From IMG/VR virus record IMGVR_UViG_3300021092_000026, positions 10,852 to 74,851 of that record: a DNA stretch of 64,000 nucleotides, one strand, 5' to 3'. Positions 48,606-57,171 of this stretch are shown in pieces (the first letter of the stretch is position 1; each line of letters begins with the position of its first letter). Source of the DNA: a virus. Below the pieces are notes generated by a model. The model had not been told where the DNA came from, did no database searches, and saw only the letters and a list, made by a program, of their open reading frames with translations. The translations under genes were made by a program, and so were the position numbers.

Positions 48606-49103
48606 TTATTCACAAACAAGATGATTTTTTACCCTTTTTTTAACCACACTACCTATCAGTATTTGGCCACGGCCCAACACCTGGTCTAACTCAATCGTTG
48701 TTGCATAATAGGAATTGGAGCCTGAAGATGTCCAATCACCCTTCTTTAAATTCACAAAGAAAACGAACCATTTCATATCCTCTCCACTATCATCATACGA
48801 AACTAATAAATAATCCGATTCCCTTTTGGAATATTCTCCTCCCCTCCATACCCCAACCGTCTTTGCTGTTTTAATTTCCAACGGAACATCCCCCACCCAT
48901 AAATCAGGTTCACCATCCGTAAAAGGAGAACGAATAGTTGGAACGATATCCGAAAATGTTGCCTCTAAAATATTTGATATGATTTCAGACCGGAGTTTCG
49001 TAGATAAATGATTATAATGAACTACGGACTTGAATACCTTTAATCGATTGTTCGCTTCGGTAAGTACGGAGGGTAGATGAACCTTAATGTAATCTATTAG
49101 CAT
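48606..49103 (-). CDS. PD-(D/E)XK nuclease-like protein
   Basis: EPDLWVGDVPLEIKT. Confidence 0.6.
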   Translation of the reverse strand: MLIDYIKVHLPSVLTEANNRLKVFKSVVHYNHLSTKLRSEIISNILEATFSDIVPTIRSPFTDGEPDLWVGDVPLEIKTAKTVGVWRGGEYSKRESDYLLVSYDDSGEDMKWFVFFVNLKKGDWTSSGSNSYYATTIELDQVLGRGQILIGSVVKKRVKNHLVCE

Positions 49104-49307
49104 ATCGTTTTGTTTTGTATATTATAAAAGAGCTGAAAAGAAAAGAGCTAAAAAGAGCTGTATTGTATATTATACAAGCTTTTAGGGGAGTATTTCCACA
49201 GCCAAAAAAATGACCTCTATATGAAAACCGGTCCCCCGTCCATAACACAATAAATTTTTTTTTGGGTTTACATTGAAATGCTACCCCCCCTCCGTTATAA
49301 CACATTG

Positions 49308-49520
49308 TTATTTTTTACGAGCTCTTTCCCGTACATCCGGCTTTATCAGCTCAGCGATTGATACGATGTGGCCACCATATTTTTGTTGGTGTCTTTTCTT
49401 AAAGTAGTTAATCTTACTAAGCGCTGCCGCTTGTTCGATTGGTGTACCTGCTTTAAGTAACTTATCTGTCCAATATTGGATTTTAGGGATATACCCTTCA
49501 CTATATTTGGTTTTTTTCAT
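49308..49520 (-). CDS. Hypothetical protein
   Basis: Intact ORF. Confidence 0.6.
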   Translation of the reverse strand: MKKTKYSEGYIPKIQYWTDKLLKAGTPIEQAAALSKINYFKKRHQQKYGGHIVSIAELIKPDVRERARKK

Positions 49521-49529
49521 TTGGGATTT

Positions 49530-49739
49530 TTAATTGGTGAACCTATATTGTGTAAATGCTCTCTTTGCTTTACTTATATCATCATCAGTACCTCTACCAC
49601 TATATAGTATAAGATAGCTGTCAGAATATAAATTTGCTCTATTTAAAAGTCTATTCACATCCCGCGTTCCATATGCTACATATGCAGCATTGGTGATGTT
49701 ATTAGGGTTGGTGTATAGTATGAATTTTTGCTTACTCAT
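49530..49739 (-). CDS. Hypothetical protein
   Basis: Intact ORF. Confidence 0.6.
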   Translation of the reverse strand: MSKQKFILYTNPNNITNAAYVAYGTRDVNRLLNRANLYSDSYLILYSGRGTDDDISKAKRAFTQYRFTN

Positions 49740-49850
49740 AATTTTGTAGGTAATTTTTTCTTTGGTGGGTGGATAGTAGCGAACTTATATCCAAGCAAAA
49801 ACCAAGTAGCGCTGAGTAGTAAAATTAAAATTGCCATAATTTATTTATAT

Positions 49851-50093
49851 TTAAATTCCCTTCCACTTTTTACCCAATAGTGAATTAGCAAACCTATTAT
49901 GCTCTTTAATACACCACTCCGTTGAACTCATTGTGGGTTCGGTGATAGATTTAATATTGGGGTTGTGCTCTAACCCTAAGCGCTTGGGTGCAGAGTCTAT
50001 GGGGTTGTATTTAAAATCCATTGGACTTACTATACTATTACCACTATATACTCTTTTTTTCCTATTGAATAGGGATTGGATTAGCTTTTTCAT
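49851..50093 (-). CDS. Hypothetical protein
   Basis: Intact ORF. Confidence 0.6.
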   Translation of the reverse strand: MKKLIQSLFNRKKRVYSGNSIVSPMDFKYNPIDSAPKRLGLEHNPNIKSITEPTMSSTEWCIKEHNRFANSLLGKKWKGI

Positions 50094-50341
50094 ACTTTAG
50101 TTAGTTTATATTTAATTCCATCGATTTCTACTATCTTATTCTCACAGGGTTTGGGGAGGTTGTCTTCCATTTCACCACTTGAATTCTCATAGAAGACTAT
50201 ATTGCCTTGAGAATCTCGTTCATACTTTGCCCACCATCCATCTGAATACTCAAAGTAGATTAATTTACCCCTCTTGTCCCTAATTTGCAAGTCACCGTTG
50301 GTCTTGAAATCCCATTTGATTTGCTCAGCTATTGTTTTCAT
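50090..50341 (-). CDS. YD-like repeat family paralog (minimal)
   Basis: MKTIAEQIKWDF..PKPCENKIVEIDGIKYKL. Confidence 0.75.
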   Translation of the reverse strand: MKTIAEQIKWDFKTNGDLQIRDKRGKLIYFEYSDGWWAKYERDSQGNIVFYENSSGEMEDNLPKPCENKIVEIDGIKYKLTKV

Positions 50342-50775
50342 ACCTTTGTTAGTTTATATTTTACACCTTCGATTTCTACTATCTTGTTCTCACAGTGTTT
50401 AGGTCGGTTATCCCTGATTTTACCTTTTGAATTCTCATAGTAGATTTCATTACCTTCAGAATCGAATTCCTTCTTTTCCCAATGTCCATCTGAATGCTCA
50501 ATATAGATACGATAACCTTTAGAATCATATTCACACTTTGTCCAATGTCCATCTTCATGTTCAGTATAGATATGATTACCGTTAGAATCGTATTCAAGCT
50601 TTGTCCAACGTCCATCAGAATCCTTCCAATAGTTACAATTACCGTTAGAATCGTTCTCATACTTTATCCAATATCCATTTGATTTCTCATAATAGATTTT
50701 GCCATTACTGCCTTTGATTTCCAATTCACCATCGGTTGCGAAATCCCATTTGATTTGCTCTGCTATTGTTTTCAT
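50338..50775 (-). CDS. YD-like repeat family paralog
   Basis: MKTIAEQIKWDF, four ExDS repeats and the same C-terminal cap. Confidence 0.8.
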   Translation of the reverse strand: MKTIAEQIKWDFATDGELEIKGSNGKIYYEKSNGYWIKYENDSNGNCNYWKDSDGRWTKLEYDSNGNHIYTEHEDGHWTKCEYDSKGYRIYIEHSDGHWEKKEFDSEGNEIYYENSKGKIRDNRPKHCENKIVEIEGVKYKLTKV

Positions 50776-50920
50776 GCTTTTTTAATTAGTTGTCCTGACA
50801 TAAGTAAATAGTAATCCTGATAATATCCTAACTTTTGTAAATGTTGCAATTTTTCGGACTTGGTTAAATTTAAAGACATAATTTGCTTTAATAAATAATA
50901 GGGGGGGATGTTTGTGCTTT

Positions 50921-51115
50921 TCATATCTGATTTTTTTTCTCTTCCATTAAACACTCTATTTGCTCTATTGGGGCAGAAAGTATTAATTGACGTAGCATTT
51001 GGTCTTCCATACCCACTCCTCTGATAATTTCTTCCATTGTTTCACCATCCACATCCTGCAGCATTTCAATGGCTGCATTTACATTGTACGCGTGAGATTG
51101 ATAATCTTTTATCAT
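50921..51115 (-). CDS. Hypothetical protein
   Basis: Intact ORF. Confidence 0.55.
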   Translation of the reverse strand: MIKDYQSHAYNVNAAIEMLQDVDGETMEEIIRGVGMEDQMLRQLILSAPIEQIECLMEEKKNQI

Positions 51116-51126
51116 AATTGTATATT

Positions 51127-51375
51127 TTACACGATTCGGTTTACTACGAACCCCGGTACATCCGAAGCATTGTAGTAGTTCTTAATAGCAACCTCTGCTA
51201 TAGTATTATCTATTAACCATCCATCAACGATATCGAATATCATCGAATCATCTATATCACCAGCATCTCTAACTCCATTTTTGAGTTGTTTTAGCTCTTT
51301 ATCAAGCCGTGCTTTCGTCCAATTTTTCATAACTCCGACTTTTATTTCGTTACCATTAAAGTTGAAACCACACAT
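51127..51375 (-). CDS. Hypothetical protein; likely start MKNWT
   Basis: Intact ORF. Confidence 0.55.
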   Translation of the reverse strand: MCGFNFNGNEIKVGVMKNWTKARLDKELKQLKNGVRDAGDIDDSMIFDIVDGWLIDNTIAEVAIKNYYNASDVPGFVVNRIV

Positions 51376-51575
51376 TCCATCTCACGAAACATTTTGACCG
51401 GCAGTATAGCCTTCAAATCGTTAGTATCGTAATAATCCACATAAATATTGGTATGGATTGGGAGTTTGATATTTGATTTCTTACCCGTAATTCGTTCTAC
51501 ATAACTTACCACATCTTTGGCCATCATGTAATTTCCTTTTTTTAATAGCATAGCTTTTATTTTATTCACCAACAA
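51342..51575 (-). CDS. Hypothetical protein
   Basis: Intact ORF. Confidence 0.5.
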   Translation of the reverse strand: MLVNKIKAMLLKKGNYMMAKDVVSYVERITGKKSNIKLPIHTNIYVDYYDTNDLKAILPVKMFREMECVVSTLMVTK

Positions 51576-51697
51576 TTAACATCAAAAAGTAGAACAACGT
51601 ACCACCACCGGCGATAAATAGGATACTACCTATTACCTCCTTCGGGTCAGTTTTCCACATATCCACAATTTCATTAAACATCTCTTTCATATCTTTC

Positions 51698-51780
51698 ATT
51701 AACTTACAATGTAAATATAATACACAAAACCCATATATCCAAGCTTTCTATATTAAATTATCGTTAAATTTAATTCACAT
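51698..51780 (-). promoter_or_regulatory. Promoter module copy
   Basis: ATTAACTTACAATGTAAATATAATAC..ATCCAAGCTTTCTATATTAAATTATCGTTAAA. Confidence 0.7.
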
Positions 51781-51965
51781 CCCTCCGAAATGGGGCGTTC
51801 TAAGGGGTTAATATGGTATAATTGCGGAAAGGGGATGTACCAATTAAAGTGCGAACCATCATCATTCCAAAAAGTTAGGTAAAACTTACCATTTTTGGGG
51901 TTAAAATCCGGTTCTTTGGTATGATATTTACCCTTCAATTGGGGATATTCTGAAAAAAGTTCCAT
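51753..51965 (-). CDS. Hypothetical protein
   Basis: Intact ORF. Confidence 0.5.
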   Translation of the reverse strand: MELFSEYPQLKGKYHTKEPDFNPKNGKFYLTFWNDDGSHFNWYIPFPQLYHINPLERPISEGCELNLTII

Positions 51966-52119
51966 TATTCAACCACAATTTTAAAGATATCCTTCTTTTT
52001 TTGGGGTAGAGTACCAACAAGCGCTCTCACACCGGCAAGGGTTGATTTCAACCGATACCTCGAACATTTAAGGGATTTAACCACCTTACCATTCTGCATC
52101 AAATAGACCTCTATCATAA

Positions 52120-52410
52120 TTATTTGGATAAAATTAACATACTCATAGGAATATTGTAACTACGAAACGGGTACGATACATCATTAACCGATGCTTTGGT
52201 TCGGTTGATTTTAGTAACCCGTAGTTTACTACCACGCACCTTTGGGTGGTCACACGTAACCACATCACCAACTTTCAACTGCGAACCAACCAACTTACTC
52301 TCAAGGGCACGGGTGGATTTGATTGTGGCAACTACCATACTATTAAGAGTACGAAGCTCATCAAGACTTAGTTGGGAAAGGAGGGGGGTAATCGAACTTA
52401 ATTTATTCAT
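52120..52410 (-). CDS. Hypothetical SH3/KOW-like protein
   Basis: LKVGDVV..VTKINRTKA; promoter module at 52436-52503. Confidence 0.65.
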   Translation of the reverse strand: MNKLSSITPLLSQLSLDELRTLNSMVVATIKSTRALESKLVGSQLKVGDVVTCDHPKVRGSKLRVTKINRTKASVNDVSYPFRSYNIPMSMLILSK

Positions 52411-52504
52411 TTTTTAGGGGGTTTATTTCCGAATCACTTACAAAGTAAAGATACTACACAAAGGGCATATATCCAAGCTTTCTATATTAAATTATCATTA
52501 AATT

Positions 52505-52729
52505 TTAAATATACCTTATTTCATAGGAATAAAGAGTTCCACACTCATCATCCTCCATTGTATCCTCTACCGCAACTATGGGGTTAGGTAAGAGTTTTTG
52601 AAGTTCAACCACATTAATCCGTTTCCAATACCCAAAACGGAAATATAGGTTACTTTTCCAATCCTCACAGATGTCAAACTCACCGAAATGTTCGTGTATC
52701 CGACCGATAACTGATGATGTCATTTTCAT
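52505..52729 (-). CDS. Hypothetical protein
   Basis: Intact ORF. Confidence 0.6.
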   Translation of the reverse strand: MKMTSSVIGRIHEHFGEFDICEDWKSNLYFRFGYWKRINVVELQKLLPNPIVAVEDTMEDDECGTLYSYEIRYI

Positions 52730-52750
52730 ATTATATATTATTGATTTGAT

Positions 52751-53113
52751 TTAGTAATCATAAGAGCGAGCCTGATCGGCGGCAAATCTAGAGGTGTGGG
52801 TGTAGGCGTAGAGGTATCCTTTCATACCGGATTTAGAATCGGTACTGACGAATACGACTGTTGCTTTTTCAAATCCGGCCTCAATGACGGCAGGTACGCC
52901 CCCGTTGAACTCAAATGTTTGTGTGAAGCCGGTAGAATACTTTTCCGTTTCAGGCTTAATCCCATACATTTCCATAATGCCCTTAGTCTGATTGATTATC
53001 GTATCAGAATAATCGTAGATAGGTACACCATAGTCGGCAGCATCTCGATAGATTTGTTTAGAGCGGTTTTGGATTTCACGAACCAAAGAACCCATTTCTT
53101 TATATACTCCCAT
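52751..53113 (-). CDS. Hypothetical protein (start MGVYKE)
   Basis: Internal ATG immediately after the upstream gene's stop. Confidence 0.6.
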   Translation of the reverse strand: MGVYKEMGSLVREIQNRSKQIYRDAADYGVPIYDYSDTIINQTKGIMEMYGIKPETEKYSTGFTQTFEFNGGVPAVIEAGFEKATVVFVSTDSKSGMKGYLYAYTHTSRFAADQARSYDY

Positions 53114-53117
53114 AAGA

Positions 53118-53276
53118 TTATTTTTTAACCATATCAGCCACCTTCTCCGCTGAAGCATCTACTGCAAGAAGAAGAGCGTGTTCCAAACAAACACCATACT
53201 CAACCCATTTTTCTACATAGGCGATAAAGTATTCTTTTTGGAGACCGGTGATGGAGGGGGGGACTACGATATTCAT
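53118..53276 (-). CDS. Small hypothetical protein (start MNIVVPP)
   Basis: Lies directly behind a promoter module; the longer track ORF translates the promoter itself. Confidence 0.55.
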   Translation of the reverse strand: MNIVVPPSITGLQKEYFIAYVEKWVEYGVCLEHALLLAVDASAEKVADMVKK

Positions 53277-53285
53277 ATTGTTTCT

Positions 53286-53480
53286 CATTAACTTACAAAG
53301 TAAAGATAATACACAAAATCCATATTTCCAAGCCTTTTTCCAAAAAGTTATCCACATTTTTTGTGGAAAAGTGTCTAATTTATTGGACACTTTTTTTATA
53401 TAACCCCCCCCCATAAAGATACAACAGAAAATCCATATTTCCAAGCTTTTTGGATTAAAATTGGATTAAAGTTATCCACA
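53286..53480 (-). promoter_or_regulatory. Two tandem promoter modules with three DnaA boxes and the palindrome
   Basis: TTATCCACA 53348 and 53472, TGTGGAAAA 53362, GTGTCTA-N6-TGGACAC 53371-53390. Confidence 0.75.
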
Positions 53481-53489
53481 CCCCCATTG

Positions 53490-53952
53490 TACTATATAGT
53501 AGTAGTATATAGTAGTAGAAGCCGGAGTGATGTGGTAGCGCTCTATAGTATATACTAATAGTATATAGTAGTAGTAGAAGCGCTGTGTTATATGGTGTAT
53601 ATAGTATATAGTAGTAGTAGTAGTATATAGACACACACACACACACTAAGCGCTGTAGTATATAGTATATAGTAGTAGTATATATAGAGAAAAGCCGGAA
53701 TGAGCCGGAGTGATGTACTAACGCTGTAGTATATAGTAGTAGTATATAGACACACACACACACTAAGCGCTGTAGTATATAGTATATAGTAGTAGCGCTG
53801 AGAAATAAACCAAAAATAATTTACCATTGTTATAACACCCCACAACTATATAATAACATTGCATAGTATATAGTATATAGTAGTAGTAGTATATAGTCAG
53901 ACAGAGACCGGGTGCTTCTCTATATACTATATAGTAGTAGTATATAGTAGTA
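53490..53952. repeat. Low-complexity repeat array: (TAG)n/TATATAG units, (AC)8 and (AC)7 tracts, AAGCGCTG and GCCGGA spacers
   Basis: A ~60-bp block is duplicated at about 53617 and 53736; GCCGGAGTGATGT at 53521 and 53704. Confidence 0.9.
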
Positions 53953-54450
53953 ACAGCAGCGTCACACCTTACATTGTTTGAGTTGTGTTAGACATGATGT
54001 GGGAAATGTTAATCCTATCACACCAAAATAATGTGTTGGGAGCGATGAAGCTGATGTTATGGGAACACCAAGGGGAGTTTTTTTGTTGTTACAATTTTTT
54101 CCCCAATATTTATGGAAGCTCTATTTTCCCAATTTTGATACAGCTTTCTCACTCTGCTTTTTCCTGCCCTTTGCCATGTCATTATTGGGTGTTATACCCT
54201 ATTCCCTCCATCCATTTGGAGTACCCCTATCCTGCCCCGCTCTATTCCCATTTTTGACACCCCTTTTTTCTATGGGTTCTTTTAATGTTTTTACCCTACC
54301 ATATAATATAAAGTGGGGGAAAGTGGGGGATTGTGGGAAATTTGTTCATTTTTCAAGCAAGCTTTCTCTCTCTCTCTTTGTTTGGTTTGGTTTGGTTGTT
54401 GTTGCTTGTGTGGGTTAGTGGGGGATGTGTGTTCTTATATAGTTCTTTTT

Positions 54451-54510
54451 ATATACTACTATTATTATTACTACTACTACTTGTAATACTACTATTACTA
54501 TATACTATTA
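54451..54510. repeat. (CTA/TTA)n and CTATATACTA repeat, in reverse orientation to the 53.5-53.9 kb array
   Basis: ATATACTACTATTATTATTACTACTACTAC..CTATATACTA. Confidence 0.7.
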
Positions 54511-54546
54511 TTTTTTTTGTGTTTATTTCCCACTCACTCACTGCGT

Positions 54547-54999
54547 TCATTCGTTCGGTCTGGCGCATAAAAAAACCCCGTAGGTTCGGGGTTCTCTTTT
54601 TTTCGTAATTACTTTGAATTGTATAATAGTTTTTAGTATTTTGAATAAAGATATATCAATTAACTTATTCTCTAACTTTCTAAATTTATCCAACTTATCC
54701 CTTTTACCAACATAAGCATCACCTTCAGTTTCTAATTTTATTTGATGAGTCAATTCATGAATAATTGCGGTTTCTGGGTCATGTAACCTATTAACATCAA
54801 ATGTTATATACAACCCCTTCATCGTTTTAGTATTGTAAGTGGTCGCTGCTCCAGCACCACCAACCCTGCCAAACTTTATGGGTAGAGGTTTAACACCCTC
54901 AGACTTACATAACGCTGTATAATAAGCCTTTATGTTTTCTTGCCCTATTATATCCTCAACAGCCTCCTTAATCATTTGTCTTAATTGGGATAGTTTCAT
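54547..54999 (-). CDS. Leader-family protein with an HExxH (SprT-like) metallopeptidase motif; 3' end doubtful
   Basis: MKLSQLRQMIKEAV; IIHELTHQ; the ORF runs through the terminator. Confidence 0.65.
   Translation of the reverse strand: MKLSQLRQMIKEAVEDIIGQENIKAYYTALCKSEGVKPLPIKFGRVGGAGAATTYNTKTMKGLYITFDVNRLHDPETAIIHELTHQIKLETEGDAYVGKRDKLDKFRKLENKLIDISLFKILKTIIQFKVITKKREPRTYGVFLCARPNE
54569..54593 (-). terminator. Rho-independent terminator ending the leader-gene array
   Basis: Minus strand AACCCCG-AACCTA-CGGGGTT-TTTTT. Confidence 0.8.
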
Positions 55000-55020
55000 T
55001 GTTGATATTTCGTTATTTTA

Positions 55021-55380
55021 TTATTTTTTAAGTTTTTGTATTTGGTACTGCTTTGACTTTGGCCCTTCTCCCAATGAGAAGATTTTGTAAGAATAACCAT
55101 CATCACCCACAAAGGTAAAATTCATCGTATTATTGGGAAAGAATTCTTTCACTGCATTTAAGTTTGGTTTTACACCAATCCACGATTTAATTCGGTCACC
55201 CCATTTGGTTATGAACTTTTCACGAGTCAACAAAGCATCTCCATCTCCTTTACCATGCGGAAAAGATTTGGAAACATATCCTTCTGCTTTTGGGTTATTC
55301 GAAGGTTTCCATTTAACTCCTTCATTTAAGACCCTTTTGACTTCCTCTCTGATTATCTGTCTTAATTCTGATATTTTCAT
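55021..55380 (-). CDS. Leader-family protein, unknown cargo
   Basis: MKISELRQIIREEVKRVLNE/G. Confidence 0.8.
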   Translation of the reverse strand: MKISELRQIIREEVKRVLNEGVKWKPSNNPKAEGYVSKSFPHGKGDGDALLTREKFITKWGDRIKSWIGVKPNLNAVKEFFPNNTMNFTFVGDDGYSYKIFSLGEGPKSKQYQIQKLKK

Positions 55381-55406
55381 TGTTTGTTTCCCAGTTTAAG
55401 TTGATT

Positions 55407-56360
55407 TTATTTTGCAGATGCGATTGGAGCCGGCCCACCAGCAGCCCCCGTATCAGCTTTTTTAGCTCTGATACCCATTTTCTCTGCAAATGAATTTGAA
55501 CGTTTTACCAAAGGTTCTATAGGCTCATCTATCACTCTAACATTCATTGGTATTTGTTTATTAGCATTTGCCGCATTATGTGCAACAATTGCTGCCCATC
55601 GGTGGTGTCCATCCAACACATATCCATCATTGGAAACATATATAGGTGCGGTAATAGCTTCATATGCCGGGTGATTCGGGTCATCCAACACCTTACTCAT
55701 TCCGGCAACTTTAACCCCAACAAGCTCACTTTGTGTTGCTTTTAAACGATCAGGTGAAACGGGGGTTGGTTCTGATACACTAACATTCTCTTTTTGTAGC
55801 ATTTCTTTGAAAAGTGCTTCAGTATCCACTTCCCCATTTTTATCTTTTGGAAGCTTATCAGCAGGTGAACCTGGTTCGGGCGTTCCTTTGAATTGCGGCA
55901 TATCCTCTCTAGGAATACCTTTATTACCACTACAATAAAGATTTGTTCCTGGTACTGTTACCTTACATAAATTGTAATTAGGTGCTTTCTCCCCCTTTGC
56001 TTTGGCTTCTGCTCCCGCTTTAGCCAATTCATCAATTTTCATTGATATTTTTTGTCTTTCTATTGGGTCTACCGCTGATAGTGGTTTTCTATCAAACTTT
56101 GCATTTGGCATTAAATCTTTTAATTTGGGTACACTTACCCCCGGTTCACTGGATTTAGTATCCGTTTCTTTTGTATTCTTATTTTTTGGACCCATCGATG
56201 CAACTGCTGCTTTATAAGCAGGATGTGATTTATCATACCCCAATGCACTGGTTACTTTAATAGTTCTACCTGTTTTGGGGTTTACTACCGTTTCACCAGC
56301 TTCTTTTATTACCCTGCGAACTTGCTCTCTAATTAGTTGTCTTAATTGGGATAGTTTCAT
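55407..56360 (-). CDS. Leader-family protein: NPxTGR module plus ParB/Srx-like domain
   Basis: MKLSQLRQLIREQVRRVIKE; LKATQSE..IYVSNDGYVLDGHHRWAA. Confidence 0.8.
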   Translation of the reverse strand: MKLSQLRQLIREQVRRVIKEAGETVVNPKTGRTIKVTSALGYDKSHPAYKAAVASMGPKNKNTKETDTKSSEPGVSVPKLKDLMPNAKFDRKPLSAVDPIERQKISMKIDELAKAGAEAKAKGEKAPNYNLCKVTVPGTNLYCSGNKGIPREDMPQFKGTPEPGSPADKLPKDKNGEVDTEALFKEMLQKENVSVSEPTPVSPDRLKATQSELVGVKVAGMSKVLDDPNHPAYEAITAPIYVSNDGYVLDGHHRWAAIVAHNAANANKQIPMNVRVIDEPIEPLVKRSNSFAEKMGIRAKKADTGAAGGPAPIASAK

Positions 56361-56386
56361 CGTTTGTTTCCTTTTAATATTTATGT

Positions 56387-57136
56387 TTATGTAAGAGCAT
56401 CCTTCGCAATTTTATATTCATCATATTTTAAATTATCATATAAGAACTGTATAAAATCTGGTATTTTTAGATTTAATTTTTTATATTGATCAGTAAAATA
56501 TATAGTAAGTTCCGTAATTATAGGTGCAAGTCGTTCTTGTTCAAAATCAATAGATGAATAAAATTTTCCTGGCTCATCATATTTGCGACTATCTGGTTCT
56601 AGATATTTCATATATCCAGTATCATAACCACTTACTAAAGGATTGTTGTTCACAACATTAGTTTTCAATTTACGATAATATACATCTCTTGCCTCCATCG
56701 CGTTATTGGCCATAGGAATCCCAGCATCCTTCGGAGCGTAATACCAAATATCTCTAATTTTATTTTGATATTTTTCAGTGTCAAAATTTTTTATGGAGGT
56801 TATGTTAATTTTTATACCATTTTCACCACCATTTTTTACAATTTCTAGTTTTGCACCTGGCAGTCTTTTCTTAACTTGAATCTGAACATTCTTAATATCA
56901 TTAGTAGCTGCATTAGCAATAACCAAATCATATTTAGATTTTAATGAACGAAGGGCTTCTTTAAATGGTTCTGTTTGTCTTTCATATTGAACCATTAAAC
57001 TTTTTGATAAATCGGCAAGTTTTTTTCCGGTGGCTATAGTTTCTTTTTGTATAATACTCAAATCGGCTGCGGATGATTCATTTAAGACCCTCTTCGTTTC
57101 CTCTCTGATTAATTTTTTTAATTCCGATACTTTCAT
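56387..57136 (-). CDS. Leader-family protein, unknown cargo
   Basis: MKVSELKKLIREETKRVLNE/S. Confidence 0.8.
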   Translation of the reverse strand: MKVSELKKLIREETKRVLNESSAADLSIIQKETIATGKKLADLSKSLMVQYERQTEPFKEALRSLKSKYDLVIANAATNDIKNVQIQVKKRLPGAKLEIVKNGGENGIKINITSIKNFDTEKYQNKIRDIWYYAPKDAGIPMANNAMEARDVYYRKLKTNVVNNNPLVSGYDTGYMKYLEPDSRKYDEPGKFYSSIDFEQERLAPIITELTIYFTDQYKKLNLKIPDFIQFLYDNLKYDEYKIAKDALT

Positions 57137-57171
57137 GGCTTGTTTCCTATTTGGTTTAAACCATTTTATAA

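Noticed and set aside
49084-49305. ORF 49084-49305
   Set aside because: It runs through homopolymer and repeat DNA, has atypical composition, and shows no recognisable motif
45856-50775. Diversity-generating retroelement behind the YD-like paralogs or the GC islets
   Set aside because: No reverse transcriptase in the window and no evident template/variable pair differing only at adenines
42693-53444. Long N-termini of track ORFs 42693-42914 and 53118-53444 (likewise uvsE to 27849 and the Mom-like gene to 9879)
   Set aside because: The extensions translate the promoter modules; downstream ATGs are more plausible starts
53455-53845. Tyr/Cys-rich ORFs 53455-53763 and 53588-53845
   Set aside because: They are translations of (TAG)n/(AC)n simple repeats with no plausible protein composition
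53490-53952. Possible CRISPR array
   Set aside because: No constant-length repeat with unique spacers, low-complexity units, and no cas genes
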